17,321 nt of DNA from Arcobacter sp. Lineage in GTDB: Bacteria > Campylobacterota > Campylobacteria > Campylobacterales > Arcobacteraceae. Numbering within the stretch: the first letter of the stretch is position 1; each line of letters opens with the position of its first letter. The DNA is taken from positions 27,935-45,255 of the forward strand of contig CBFIGT010000007.1 in the NCBI GenBank assembly GCA_965662175.1, given 5' to 3'. Made by a program: the position numbers and the translations under genes. The notes beneath the pieces are model-generated. The model saw only the letters and a list, made by a program, of their open reading frames with translations. It made no database searches and had not been told where the DNA came from. Below are positions 1 to 10,123 of the stretch, in pieces.

Positions 1-43
1 TCAAGATGAGTTAGCAAATATTGTACTTAAGAAGGTGGCATAA
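1..43 (+). CDS. atpF: F0F1 ATP synthase subunit b, 3' end only (partial)
   Basis: Frame from base 2 reads QDELANIVLKKVA-TAA(41-43). The stop overlaps the atpH ATG (TAATG). The position directly before delta matches atp operon order. Only 13 codons are visible. Confidence 0.75.
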   Translation, partial: QDELANIVLKKVA

Positions 44-573
44 TGAATGATTTAATTGCAAAAAGATACGTTAAAGCATTATTAGATGGTAAAGATGTAG
101 CTGCTGCAACTTCAATTTGTAATGAATTAAATGAGATTTCAAAAGCATTTGCTGATGATAAGTTTATCTCTATCATATCTTCAATTGAGGTTAAAAAATG
201 TCAAAAAACAGATTTAGTTATCTCATTAGTAGAAAACTGCTCTGATACAGTGAAAAATTTAATCAAATTATTGGGTAGTAAAAAAAGATTAGAAATAATT
301 CCATTTATTGTTACTGAGATAAAAACTAAAATTGCAATTTTAGAGAATAGTTATGAGGGTGTTGTTTATACAAACAATGCACTATCTAATGACTATATTG
401 ATTCTATTGCAGCGCAATTTAGTAAGAAGTTTGATGTTAAATTATCTTTAACACAAAATGTGTGTGATTATGATGGTATTAAAGTTGATATTGATGGACT
501 TGGTGTTGAGATTAGTTTCTCAAAAGATAGACTAAAGTCGCAAATGATTGATCATATTTTAAAAGCAGTTTAG
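43..573 (+). CDS. atpH: F0F1 ATP synthase subunit delta
   Basis: 176 aa; N-terminal IAKRYVKAL motif of the delta/OSCP family; SD-like AAGG/GGTG upstream; lies directly before atpA. Confidence 0.93.
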   Translation: MNDLIAKRYVKALLDGKDVAAATSICNELNEISKAFADDKFISIISSIEVKKCQKTDLVISLVENCSDTVKNLIKLLGSKKRLEIIPFIVTEIKTKIAILENSYEGVVYTNNALSNDYIDSIAAQFSKKFDVKLSLTQNVCDYDGIKVDIDGLGVEISFSKDRLKSQMIDHILKAV

Positions 574-594
574 AACTTATAAAGGAGAAATTGA

Positions 595-2112
595 ATGGGT
601 GCAAAAATTCAAGCTGATGAAATCAGTTCTATCATCAAAGAAAGAATTGATAACTTTGAATTAAATGTAGATGTAAATGAAACAGGTAAAATCATCTCTT
701 ATGCAGATGGTATTGCTCAAGTTTACGGTCTTAAAAATGTTATGGCTGGTGAGATCGTTGAATTCGAAAACGGTGAAAGAGGATTAGCTTCTAACTTAGA
801 AGAGTCTTCAGTTGGTGTTGTTGTTCTTGGATCAGGAAATGGTTTAAGAGAAGGTTCTTCTTGTAAAAGAGCAGGAAAACTTTTAGAAACTCCAGTTGGT
901 GATGGAATGGTTGGTAGAGTTGTTAATGCTTTAGGTGAGCCAATTGATGGTAAAGGTGCAATTGAATCAAATGAGTCTAGACTTGTTGAAGAAAAAGCTC
1001 CTGGAATTATGGCTAGAAAATCAGTACATGAACCATTACAAACAGGTATTAAAGCAATTGATGCACTTGTTCCAATTGGAAGAGGTCAAAGAGAGCTTAT
1101 TATTGGAGATAGACAAACAGGTAAAACTACAGTTGCTATTGATACAATTCTTAACCAAAAAGGTGAAGATGTAATTTGTATTTATGTTGCAATTGGTCAA
1201 AAATCTTCTTCTGTTGCTTCTGTTGTTAGAACACTTGAAGAGGGTGGAGCAATGGATTATACTATTATTGTTAATGCAGGTGCTTCTGAGTCTTCAGCTT
1301 TACAATTCTTAGCTCCTTATACAGGTGTTACAATTGGTGAGTACTTTAGAGACAATGGTAAACATGCTTTAATTATTTATGATGATTTATCTAAACATGC
1401 AGTTGCATATAGAGAGATGTCATTATTATTAAGAAGACCTCCAGGTCGAGAAGCATTCCCAGGGGACGTATTCTATCTACACTCAAGATTACTTGAGAGA
1501 GCTGCTAAAATGTCTGATGAAAAAGGTGCTGGTTCTATGACTGCGTTACCAATTATTGAGACTCAAGCAGGAGATGTTGCTGCGTATATTCCAACAAACG
1601 TTATTTCTATTACAGATGGACAAATCTTCCTAGAAACTAACCTTTTTAACTCAGGTATTAGACCAGCTATTAATGTTGGACTTTCAGTATCAAGAGTTGG
1701 TGGGGCAGCTCAAATTAAAGCTACTAAGCAAGTTGCTGGTACTTTAAAATTATCTTTAGCACAATATAGAGAGCTTGAAGCATTTGCTCAGTTCGCATCT
1801 GATCTTGACGAAAGTACAAGAAGAGAGTTAGAACTAGGTCAAAGAATGGTTGAAGTTTTAAAACAAGGTGTTAATAAGCCACTAGTAATTGAGAAGCAAA
1901 TTGTTATTATTTATGCAGGTACTAAAGGGTACTTAAATGATATCACTGTTTCTGATGTTGTTAGATTTGAAGAAGAGTTACATGCATTTATTGAGCAAAA
2001 ATACTCTAACATCTTAGAAGATATCAAATCTAAGAAAAAATTAGACGAAGATACTGAAGATAATTTAAAATCAGCGTTAGAAGAGTTTAAAACTGTTTTT
2101 AGTGCAAAATAA
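595..2112 (+). CDS. atpA: F0F1 ATP synthase subunit alpha
   Basis: 505 aa; [17 protein letters not shown] (Walker A), [43 protein letters not shown] upstream. Confidence 0.99.
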   Translation: MGAKIQADEISSIIKERIDNFELNVDVNETGKIISYADGIAQVYGLKNVMAGEIVEFENGERGLASNLEESSVGVVVLGSGNGLREGSSCKRAGKLLETPVGDGMVGRVVNALGEPIDGKGAIESNESRLVEEKAPGIMARKSVHEPLQTGIKAIDALVPIGRGQRELIIGDRQTGKTTVAIDTILNQKGEDVICIYVAIGQKSSSVASVVRTLEEGGAMDYTIIVNAGASESSALQFLAPYTGVTIGEYFRDNGKHALIIYDDLSKHAVAYREMSLLLRRPPGREAFPGDVFYLHSRLLERAAKMSDEKGAGSMTALPIIETQAGDVAAYIPTNVISITDGQIFLETNLFNSGIRPAINVGLSVSRVGGAAQIKATKQVAGTLKLSLAQYRELEAFAQFASDLDESTRRELELGQRMVEVLKQGVNKPLVIEKQIVIIYAGTKGYLNDITVSDVVRFEEELHAFIEQKYSNILEDIKSKKKLDEDTEDNLKSALEEFKTVFSAK

Positions 2113-2122
2113 GGATTAGTCA

Positions 2123-3007
2123 ATGGCTAACTTAAAAGAGATTAAATTACAAATTGGAAGTGTTAAAAATACTCAGAAGACTACTAAAGCTATGAAGCTT
2201 GTATCTTCTGCAAAACTTACTCGAACAAGACAATTGTCTGATCAAGCAAAAAGTTATGCAGCTAAGATTAATCAAGTTCTTTCTGAGATTGCGCACAGAG
2301 TTAGCAATGTTCAAGATGATGGAATGCACAATAGAGCATTTATTCAAAATGACAATCCAAAAACAGTAGATATTGTTTTTGTAACTGCTGACAAAGGTCT
2401 TTGTGGTGGATTCAATATGGCAACAATCAAAGCTGTTACGAATATGACTGATAAGTATAGATCTGAGGGAGTAACTGTTAGATTAAGAGTTGCTGGAAGA
2501 AAAGGTGTTGACTACTTTACTTTCCAAGGTGAAGAATTAACACAAAAAATAAGTGATTTATCTTCATCTCCTGATTACGATAGAGCTTGTGAGTTCATTG
2601 AAGAAGTGGTTAATGATTTTCAAAATGGTACAACTGATAAAGTAGTACTTATTTATAATGGTTTCCTTAATATGTTAACTCAAGAGTTAAAAATTAATGA
2701 AATGTTACCAATAAGCTTAGAAAGTGTTGAATCTAAAGATGAGTCATCTATGCTTGATATTGAGCCAGATGATGATGAAGAAGTGTTAAATGAATTAACA
2801 GAAAAATACATTCAATTTAATATGTATTACTCTTTAATTGACTCTTTAGCTGCTGAGCATAGTGCAAGAATGCAAGCTATGGAAGCTGCAACTAAAAATG
2901 CAAAAGAGAAAGTTGATAGTTTAACAGTTGAATATAATAAAGCTAGACAAGCTGCAATTACAACAGAGCTGATAGAGATTATCAGTGGTGTTGAAGCATT
3001 AAAATAA
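2123..3007 (+). CDS. atpG: F0F1 ATP synthase subunit gamma
   Basis: 294 aa; TKAMKLVS, DKGLCGGFN, C-terminal YNKARQAAITTELIEIISG; SD AAGGA. Confidence 0.99.
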   Translation: MANLKEIKLQIGSVKNTQKTTKAMKLVSSAKLTRTRQLSDQAKSYAAKINQVLSEIAHRVSNVQDDGMHNRAFIQNDNPKTVDIVFVTADKGLCGGFNMATIKAVTNMTDKYRSEGVTVRLRVAGRKGVDYFTFQGEELTQKISDLSSSPDYDRACEFIEEVVNDFQNGTTDKVVLIYNGFLNMLTQELKINEMLPISLESVESKDESSMLDIEPDDDEEVLNELTEKYIQFNMYYSLIDSLAAEHSARMQAMEAATKNAKEKVDSLTVEYNKARQAAITTELIEIISGVEALK

Positions 3008-4420
<1,413 letters not shown>

Positions 4421-4437
4421 ACCATTAAGGTAAATTT

Positions 4438-4815
4438 ATGGATACACTAAGATTATCAATAGTTACACCAAACGGAGCCATTTTTAATGGCGACGTTAAA
4501 ACTGTAACTCTTCCTGGAAAAGAGGGAGAGTTCGGAGTATTACCTGGACATGCGTCTTTGGTTTCTTCGTTAACAGTTGGTGTAATTGTAATAGAAAAAG
4601 AGAATACTACTGAGGCAATAGCAATTAACTGGGGTCACGTTAATGTTAACGAGACATCAGTAGATGTTTTAGCTGATGGTGCTGTAGCACTTACTCAGGG
4701 TGGAGACTCTGATATTGCTAAGGCTATTGATGCAGCGAAAGAGCTTGTTAATTCAGTTTCTGACGCAAATGTATCAATTGCAGCTGTAGAAGCTAAAATC
4801 AACTCATTCGCTTAA
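4438..4815 (+). CDS. atpC: F0F1 ATP synthase subunit epsilon
   Basis: 125 aa; IVTP and GEFGVLPGHA motifs; follows atpD; SD AAGG. Confidence 0.97.
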   Translation: MDTLRLSIVTPNGAIFNGDVKTVTLPGKEGEFGVLPGHASLVSSLTVGVIVIEKENTTEAIAINWGHVNVNETSVDVLADGAVALTQGGDSDIAKAIDAAKELVNSVSDANVSIAAVEAKINSFA

Positions 4816-4822
4816 GAAGAAA

Positions 4823-5383
4823 ATGATTGATTTAATTTTAAATTATTTTACTAATAGTAGCGCTATAACAATTGTTGTTTTAGCGTTACTATCTATTTAT
4901 TTTATAATAATATTTTGGATATTTTTTTATAAAAATAGTCAATTGAACTCTTTAATAACTAATGAAAAAAAATCATTAGAATCATTAACATCAAGAGAAT
5001 CAAATTTAAGTCCATTATCTGGATTAAGTAGATGTGCTAAAACATCACGTTCAAAACCACTTTTACATGCTTGTGAAATATCAATTATAAAAGATGCTAG
5101 TGATGGCTTATCTTGGCTATCAATTGTTTCATCAACTTCACCTTTTATTGGTTTATTTGGTACAGTTGTTGGTATTTTAGAATCATTTGCAAAGTTTTCA
5201 AGCGAATCAAAAGTTGGATTTTCTGTAATTGCACCAGCAATTTCTGAAGCTTTAGTAGCAACTGCTGCTGGAATTTTTGTCGCTATTTTTGCTTACACCT
5301 TTCATCAAATTATAACTAGAAAAGTATATGAGTTAAACACATACTTAAAGGCACAATCAGAAATCTTAATTGCTAAGGCCTAA
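4823..5383 (+). CDS. tolQ: MotA/TolQ/ExbB proton channel family protein, TolQ by context
   Basis: 186 aa; three hydrophobic segments; SPFIGLFGTVVGI and APAISEALVATAAG motifs; upstream of tolR-, tolB- and pal-like genes. Often annotated exbB in this phylum. Confidence 0.88.
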   Translation: MIDLILNYFTNSSAITIVVLALLSIYFIIIFWIFFYKNSQLNSLITNEKKSLESLTSRESNLSPLSGLSRCAKTSRSKPLLHACEISIIKDASDGLSWLSIVSSTSPFIGLFGTVVGILESFAKFSSESKVGFSVIAPAISEALVATAAGIFVAIFAYTFHQIITRKVYELNTYLKAQSEILIAKA

Positions 5384-5385
5384 TA

Positions 5386-5775
5386 ATGTACGATTTTAAT
5401 CAAAAGCCTGATTTAAATATTACACCTTTGGTTGATATTATGTTAGTTCTTTTAGCAATATTAATGGTAACAGCACCTGTTATTGAGTTTGAAGAGCCTG
5501 TTAATTTACCAAATGGTAGTAAATCTCAGCAAATACAAGATATAAAAAAGATTTCAATAATTGTAACAAAAGATAGAAAAATTATGATTGGTAAAAACTC
5601 TTATGAAATCAAAAATTTTGCAGATAGTTTTACACTGTTTTCAAATGGTAAAGATAAAAAAACCCCTATTCATATAAGAGCCGATAAAACATTAATTTAT
5701 GATGATGTAATATTTGTATTAAAAACTGTAAAAGAATCAGGCTTTTTTAAAGTATCATTAATTACAGACGGTTAA
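5386..5775 (+). CDS. tolR: ExbD/TolR family protein, TolR by context
   Basis: 129 aa; LNITPLVDIMLVLLAILMVTAP transmembrane motif with the essential Asp; IRADK motif in the periplasmic domain. Confidence 0.88.
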   Translation: MYDFNQKPDLNITPLVDIMLVLLAILMVTAPVIEFEEPVNLPNGSKSQQIQDIKKISIIVTKDRKIMIGKNSYEIKNFADSFTLFSNGKDKKTPIHIRADKTLIYDDVIFVLKTVKESGFFKVSLITDG

Positions 5776-5776
5776 G

Positions 5777-6523
5777 ATGTTTTTTAATTCTTCTAAAGAG
5801 ACTAGTTTTATTACATCTGGTCTAATATCTATTTTTTTATATTTAGTTATTATTTTCTTTTTTTTTCTATATGTTAAAACATCTAATGTAAAGAAGTTTG
5901 ATGCATTTAATAAATCTACAATTTTAGAGTTAAGTATTGTAATTGACGATAATAGTGAAATAATAAATAAAAAAGCTGAAGTTGAAAAAAGTAAAAAATC
6001 TGAAGAGATTGTTGAAAAATCAAAATCAAAATCAAATAAACAGCAAACAAGTGTAAAATCACTTTTTGCTAATGTTGCTGATAGAAGTGAAAAGATAATT
6101 GAAGAGCCTGTAAATAATGTAGTAAACTCTGAGGTTTCTAGTAGATTTAAAGCAAAATTTGAAAAAGAAAGAAAAAGTGATAGTTTATCTGTTTCTTCTA
6201 TTTTAAGTAATGTTAAATCAAAAGCTTCTGTAATGCCAAGTAGTCAAACATCTGAAAATAGTGACCCTTATTATTCTAAAATTTATGAGTTATTAGCACA
6301 GCGTTGGAATCCAATGTTAATTATTGATGGTTTATATGCAAAGGTATTAGTAATAATTACAAATGATGGTAAATTTGATTATAAATTTTTAAAATATTCT
6401 GGTAATGAAAGTTTTGATAATTCTTTAACCTCTTTTTTAAATGAACAAGTTAATATTACATTTCCAAAACATGATAAAGGTTCAAAAACCGAAATCGAAG
6501 TTATTTTTAAAGCAAAAGGATAA
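5777..6523 (+). CDS. TolA/TonB-like energy transducer (N-terminal anchor, K/E/S-rich linker, TonB/TolA C-terminal domain)
   Basis: 248 aa; single N-terminal TM segment; charged linker; C-terminal domain with W-x-P and SGNESFD pattern; sits between tolR and tolB, where tolA normally lies. Confidence 0.78.
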   Translation: MFFNSSKETSFITSGLISIFLYLVIIFFFFLYVKTSNVKKFDAFNKSTILELSIVIDDNSEIINKKAEVEKSKKSEEIVEKSKSKSNKQQTSVKSLFANVADRSEKIIEEPVNNVVNSEVSSRFKAKFEKERKSDSLSVSSILSNVKSKASVMPSSQTSENSDPYYSKIYELLAQRWNPMLIIDGLYAKVLVIITNDGKFDYKFLKYSGNESFDNSLTSFLNEQVNITFPKHDKGSKTEIEVIFKAKG

Positions 6524-6525
6524 AT

Positions 6526-7794
6526 ATGAAAAAAATTTTACTTGTCTTACTTTTAATTTGTTCAAATATATTTGCAGTTGATGCAAGTTTAGAAATTATC
6601 AAAAAATCAAATAATATACCAAAACTTGAAATATCAGTTGCAAATGACTCTGGTTCAAAAGATTATATTAATAAAATAAAAAAGATTTTAGTACAAGATT
6701 TATTAGTTAGTGGTCATTTTGATGTTAAAGAGAGTTTAGAAAGTGTTAACTTTAATAGCGCACCTAATATGTTATCTTTAAGAAATAGAGGTATTGATTT
6801 ATTTGTTAATTTATCAATTAGTGAAAGCAGCTTTGGTGGTTTGAATTTAAACTTTAAACTTTACGATAATAACTCTATGGCTTTAATTTTAGAGAAAAGA
6901 GTAAATTCAGCTCAACTTGATAGATATCCTTTTGTAGCCCATAGAGCAGCAATTTTAATTAATAAACATTTTAATGCACCATCTATTGACTGGATGGACA
7001 AATTTGTTGTTTTTTCTGTTTATAGAGATGCTAAAAAAGCCGATATTGTGATTGGAGATTATACTTTAAATTATCAAAAAACAATTATTAGTGGAGGATT
7101 AAATATTTTCCCTAAATGGGCAAACTTAAAGCAAGATAGTTTTTATTATACAACATATAATAGTGGAACACCTCAGATTATTAAATACAATTTATATAAT
7201 AGAGAAAAAACTATTATAATGAAATCAGATGGTATGATAGTATGTTCTGATGTAAATCATGATGGCACAAAACTCTTAATAACAGCATCACCACAAGGTC
7301 AACCTGATATATATTTATATGATGTAAATAAAAAACAAAAATTTAGATTAACAAACTATAAAGGAATAGATGTAGGTGCACATTTTGTTGAAAATGATAA
7401 AAAGATTGTATTTGTTTCTGATAGATTAAGTTATCCAAATATTTTTTCAAAAGAGATAAATGGAAGAGCAGTTGAAAGATTAGTTTATCATGGAAGAAAT
7501 AATTCATCTGTAACTACATTTGGAAATTATGTGGTTTTTAGTAGTAGAGAGAGTGATAATGAATTTAATAAAAACTCTTTTAATTTATATTTGATTTCAA
7601 CAAAAAGTGATTTTTTAAGAAGATTAACATCAAATGGAACTAATCAATTTCCAAAGTTTTCAAGTGATGGTGAATCAATTTTATATATAAAAAATTATAA
7701 TGAAAAAAGTAATATTGGAATAATTAGATTAAACTATGATAAATCATTTTTATTTCCGCTTACAAATGGAAAGTTACAATCTATAGATTGGTAA
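6526..7794 (+). CDS. tolB: Tol-Pal system protein TolB
   Basis: 422 aa; signal peptide MKKILLVLLLICSNIFA; DLLVSGHF; PD40-like beta-propeller repeats (FPKWA, FVSDR, FPKFSSDG); ends in IDW; directly before pal. Confidence 0.93.
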   Translation: MKKILLVLLLICSNIFAVDASLEIIKKSNNIPKLEISVANDSGSKDYINKIKKILVQDLLVSGHFDVKESLESVNFNSAPNMLSLRNRGIDLFVNLSISESSFGGLNLNFKLYDNNSMALILEKRVNSAQLDRYPFVAHRAAILINKHFNAPSIDWMDKFVVFSVYRDAKKADIVIGDYTLNYQKTIISGGLNIFPKWANLKQDSFYYTTYNSGTPQIIKYNLYNREKTIIMKSDGMIVCSDVNHDGTKLLITASPQGQPDIYLYDVNKKQKFRLTNYKGIDVGAHFVENDKKIVFVSDRLSYPNIFSKEINGRAVERLVYHGRNNSSVTTFGNYVVFSSRESDNEFNKNSFNLYLISTKSDFLRRLTSNGTNQFPKFSSDGESILYIKNYNEKSNIGIIRLNYDKSFLFPLTNGKLQSIDW

Positions 7795-7866
7795 AATATT
7801 CATTCATAATAACTAGTTAAGTTTTGTTTGAGTAAAATATTGCAAAATCATGATAAGGAAAGATTA

Positions 7867-8409
7867 ATGAAAAAGTTTAGCTTAATTGCTTTTTTAACAG
7901 CAACTGTATTATTTACAGGATGTAGCCAAAAAACTGTTGAAATGGAACAACAACCTGTTACACCTACTAATTCAGAGTCAGCATTAAATACTGTAGAAAC
8001 AACACAAGAGGCTGTAATTGAAGAGACAAATATGGCTGTTGATGGGAAAGGTAACTACTTTATAGTTAATGGTAAAAAAGTATTTGTAGACTCAATTTAT
8101 TTTGGATTTGATAAATATAATTTAACAGAAGAGCAAAGAAAAACTGCAAAAGATAATGCTACTAAATTAAATGGTTTAGATGGTAATGTTAAAGTTGAAG
8201 GTAACTGTGATGAGTGGGGAACTGATGAGTATAACTATGCACTTGGATTAAAAAGAGCAAAAGTTGTAAAAGATGCATTAGTTGCTGATGGAATTTCTGA
8301 ATCAAAAATTTCAGTTGTAAGCTTCGGTGAAAGTAATCCTGTTTGTGCTGACAAAACTAAAGAGTGTTGGTCTAAAAATAGAAGAGCTGAGTATAAACCA
8401 TTACCATAA
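7867..8409 (+). CDS. pal: Peptidoglycan-associated lipoprotein Pal (OmpA-like domain)
   Basis: Start moved from TTG 7828 to ATG 7867, which has SD AAGGA just upstream. Gives lipoprotein signal MKKFSLIAFLTATVLFTG-C; IYFGFDK, EGNCDEWGTDEYNYALGLKRA, SFGE and NRRAE motifs; 180 aa. Confidence 0.95.
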   Translation: MKKFSLIAFLTATVLFTGCSQKTVEMEQQPVTPTNSESALNTVETTQEAVIEETNMAVDGKGNYFIVNGKKVFVDSIYFGFDKYNLTEEQRKTAKDNATKLNGLDGNVKVEGNCDEWGTDEYNYALGLKRAKVVKDALVADGISESKISVVSFGESNPVCADKTKECWSKNRRAEYKPLP

Positions 8410-8413
8410 TTAA

Positions 8414-9400
8414 ATGAAAAAATCATTTTTAATATTTTTATTAAGCACCTTTGCTGTAGCCAATGAGGTTTCAGTATTTGGTGCTGGTAATTTAGAATCA
8501 AGTAATCCTTATGGATTAACAAAAACAGAAGAACATATTTTAAAGAATAAAAAAGAGTTAGGCTCTATTGATACAAAAGTAAAGAGTGTAAAAACTACAT
8601 TAGAGACAATAAGTGAAAGAATTGATGGTTTAGAATCTATTTATGAGGGTGATTCTCAAAAATTAAATAGTGCCATGATTACAATGAATAAACTTCTAAC
8701 TGATTTTGAAACAAATCAAAATCAAACTGATAAAAGCAGTGAAGATATTAAAAATTTAAAAAAAGTTACGGACCAAATTTTGCAAATGCAAGATGAAATA
8801 TCTAGCTTAAATAAAAAGAATATAGATAATTTAAAACTAGCATTAGAGGAAATTACAAAAAAAGTTAATACAATAGATTCAAAATATTTATCTGAAAAAG
8901 ATTTTAAGAAAAATATGGAACAATTTGTTACAGTTGCTGAGTTTAATGCTTTGAAAAAAAGCTTAAAAATAAATACTAATATTGATGATAAATCAACTAT
9001 TAGTAAAAATATTGATAAAAACAAAGAATTATCAGCCGATGAAAAAGCTTCAATGTTAGAAGAGGCAAAAAGATTATTTAAAATAGATTATTTTACAAAG
9101 GCTATACCTATATTTGAAGAGTTAATTGCTTCAAATTATAAACCAGCTGAGTCTAATTTCTATTTGGGAGAAATTTGGTATTATCGAAAAAAATATGAGA
9201 GTGCTATTTCATATTTTAAAAAATCAGCAGTTTTATATGATAAAGCTGATTGGATGCCAACTCTTTTATTTCATAGTGCAATATCATTTGAAAAATTAGG
9301 TGATTTTAAAAACTCTGCGAGTTTTTATGAAACATTAATTAATGTTTATCCTCACTCAAATGAAGCAAAAAAAGCAGATAAGAATTTATCAAAAAATTAA
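8414..9400 (+). CDS. Periplasmic coiled-coil/TPR protein, CpoB (YbgF)-like
   Basis: 328 aa; signal peptide ending in AVA; long heptad-rich central region; C-terminal TPR helices (FYLGEIWY...YESAISYFKKS, LINVYPHSNEAKKA); follows pal as cpoB does. Confidence 0.8.
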   Translation: MKKSFLIFLLSTFAVANEVSVFGAGNLESSNPYGLTKTEEHILKNKKELGSIDTKVKSVKTTLETISERIDGLESIYEGDSQKLNSAMITMNKLLTDFETNQNQTDKSSEDIKNLKKVTDQILQMQDEISSLNKKNIDNLKLALEEITKKVNTIDSKYLSEKDFKKNMEQFVTVAEFNALKKSLKINTNIDDKSTISKNIDKNKELSADEKASMLEEAKRLFKIDYFTKAIPIFEELIASNYKPAESNFYLGEIWYYRKKYESAISYFKKSAVLYDKADWMPTLLFHSAISFEKLGDFKNSASFYETLINVYPHSNEAKKADKNLSKN

Positions 9401-9414
9401 TTAAAAGGAAATAT

Positions 9415-9999
9415 ATGTCAAAAGTAATAGGAATAGAATACACATTAAAAGATGCAAATACAGGTGAGCATTTAGATTCAAATGTTGGTCAAGCACCACT
9501 AGAGTTTGTTTCAGGAAAAGGTCAAATAATCCCAGGATTAGAGTCAAAATTAGTTGATATGAATGTTAGTGAAGAAGCTGATGTTATGGTTGAGCCAAAA
9601 GATGCTTATGGTGAATTAAATGCAGATGCAATTCAAACTTTAGCTAAAGAGCAGTTTGCTGGTATTGAGTTAAAAGAGGGTATGAGTCTTTATGGTACAG
9701 GTGAACAAGGTGAGACTGTACAAGTTACTGTAAAAAGCTTTACTGATAGTGAAGTAACTATTGATTATAATCACCCAATGGCTGGTAGAACATTAATGTT
9801 CTCTGTTGCTGTTTTAAGTTCAAGAGCTGCAACTGAAGAAGAGATTCAAACAGGTGTTGTTGGTGGAATGGCTGCTATGGGTGGCGGATGTTGTGGTGGC
9901 GGAAGCGCTGATTCTGGAGCTAGTGAGGGTGGATGTTGTTCATCTGAACCAGCAAAACCAGCACAACCATCTCATGGTGGATGTGGTTGTAGTCACTAA
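9415..9999 (+). CDS. slyD: FKBP-type peptidyl-prolyl isomerase/metallochaperone SlyD
   Basis: 194 aa; GQIIPGLE, PKDAYG and DYNHPMAGRTL motifs; Gly/Cys-rich C-terminal tail; SD AAGGA. Confidence 0.95.
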   Translation: MSKVIGIEYTLKDANTGEHLDSNVGQAPLEFVSGKGQIIPGLESKLVDMNVSEEADVMVEPKDAYGELNADAIQTLAKEQFAGIELKEGMSLYGTGEQGETVQVTVKSFTDSEVTIDYNHPMAGRTLMFSVAVLSSRAATEEEIQTGVVGGMAAMGGGCCGGGSADSGASEGGCCSSEPAKPAQPSHGGCGCSH

Positions 10000-10018
10000 T
10001 CATTTTACAAATGAGTTA

Positions 10019-10059
10019 AAAATGCCTAAAAGCCCTTGGCTTTTAGGCATTTTATTTTT
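10019..10059 (+). terminator. Rho-independent terminator after slyD
   Basis: Perfect 16-bp inverted repeat AAAATGCCTAAAAGCC (10019-10034), loop CTT, GGCTTTTAGGCATTTT (10038-10053), followed by ATTTTT. Confidence 0.88.
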
Positions 10060-10076
10060 ATAATATAATTTAAGGG

Positions 10077-10082
10077 TATAAT
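10077..10082 (+). promoter_or_regulatory. Putative sigma70 -10 box for fabD-mtnN
   Basis: Exact TATAAT just downstream of the slyD terminator and about 40 nt upstream of the fabD ATG; AT-rich upstream tracts with no clear -35, as is typical in this phylum. Confidence 0.6.
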
Positions 10083-10123
10083 AGTGCCTTTAAATTATAG
10101 TTTAATTATAAGGAAAATTATTT

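Noticed and set aside
5858..5866. T9 homopolymer in the tolA-like gene as a possible phase-variation tract
   Set aside because: It encodes a Phe run in a TM helix, the frame is intact, and such tracts are common in AT-rich DNA. No long poly-G/C tracts were seen in the window.
4823..6523. ExbB-ExbD-TonB iron-uptake energiser as the interpretation of these three genes
   Set aside because: Direct linkage to tolB, pal and a cpoB-like gene, the lack of a Pro-rich TonB linker and the absence of a TonB-dependent receptor favour TolQRA.
7828..7866. TTG start for pal given in the ORF track
   Set aside because: ATG 7867 has a clear SD and yields a canonical lipoprotein signal peptide; the extension overlaps a probable promoter.
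10019..10053. 16-bp inverted repeat as a possible MITE end, REP element or CRISPR repeat
   Set aside because: Single copy, directly after a stop codon and followed by a T-run; fully explained as a terminator.
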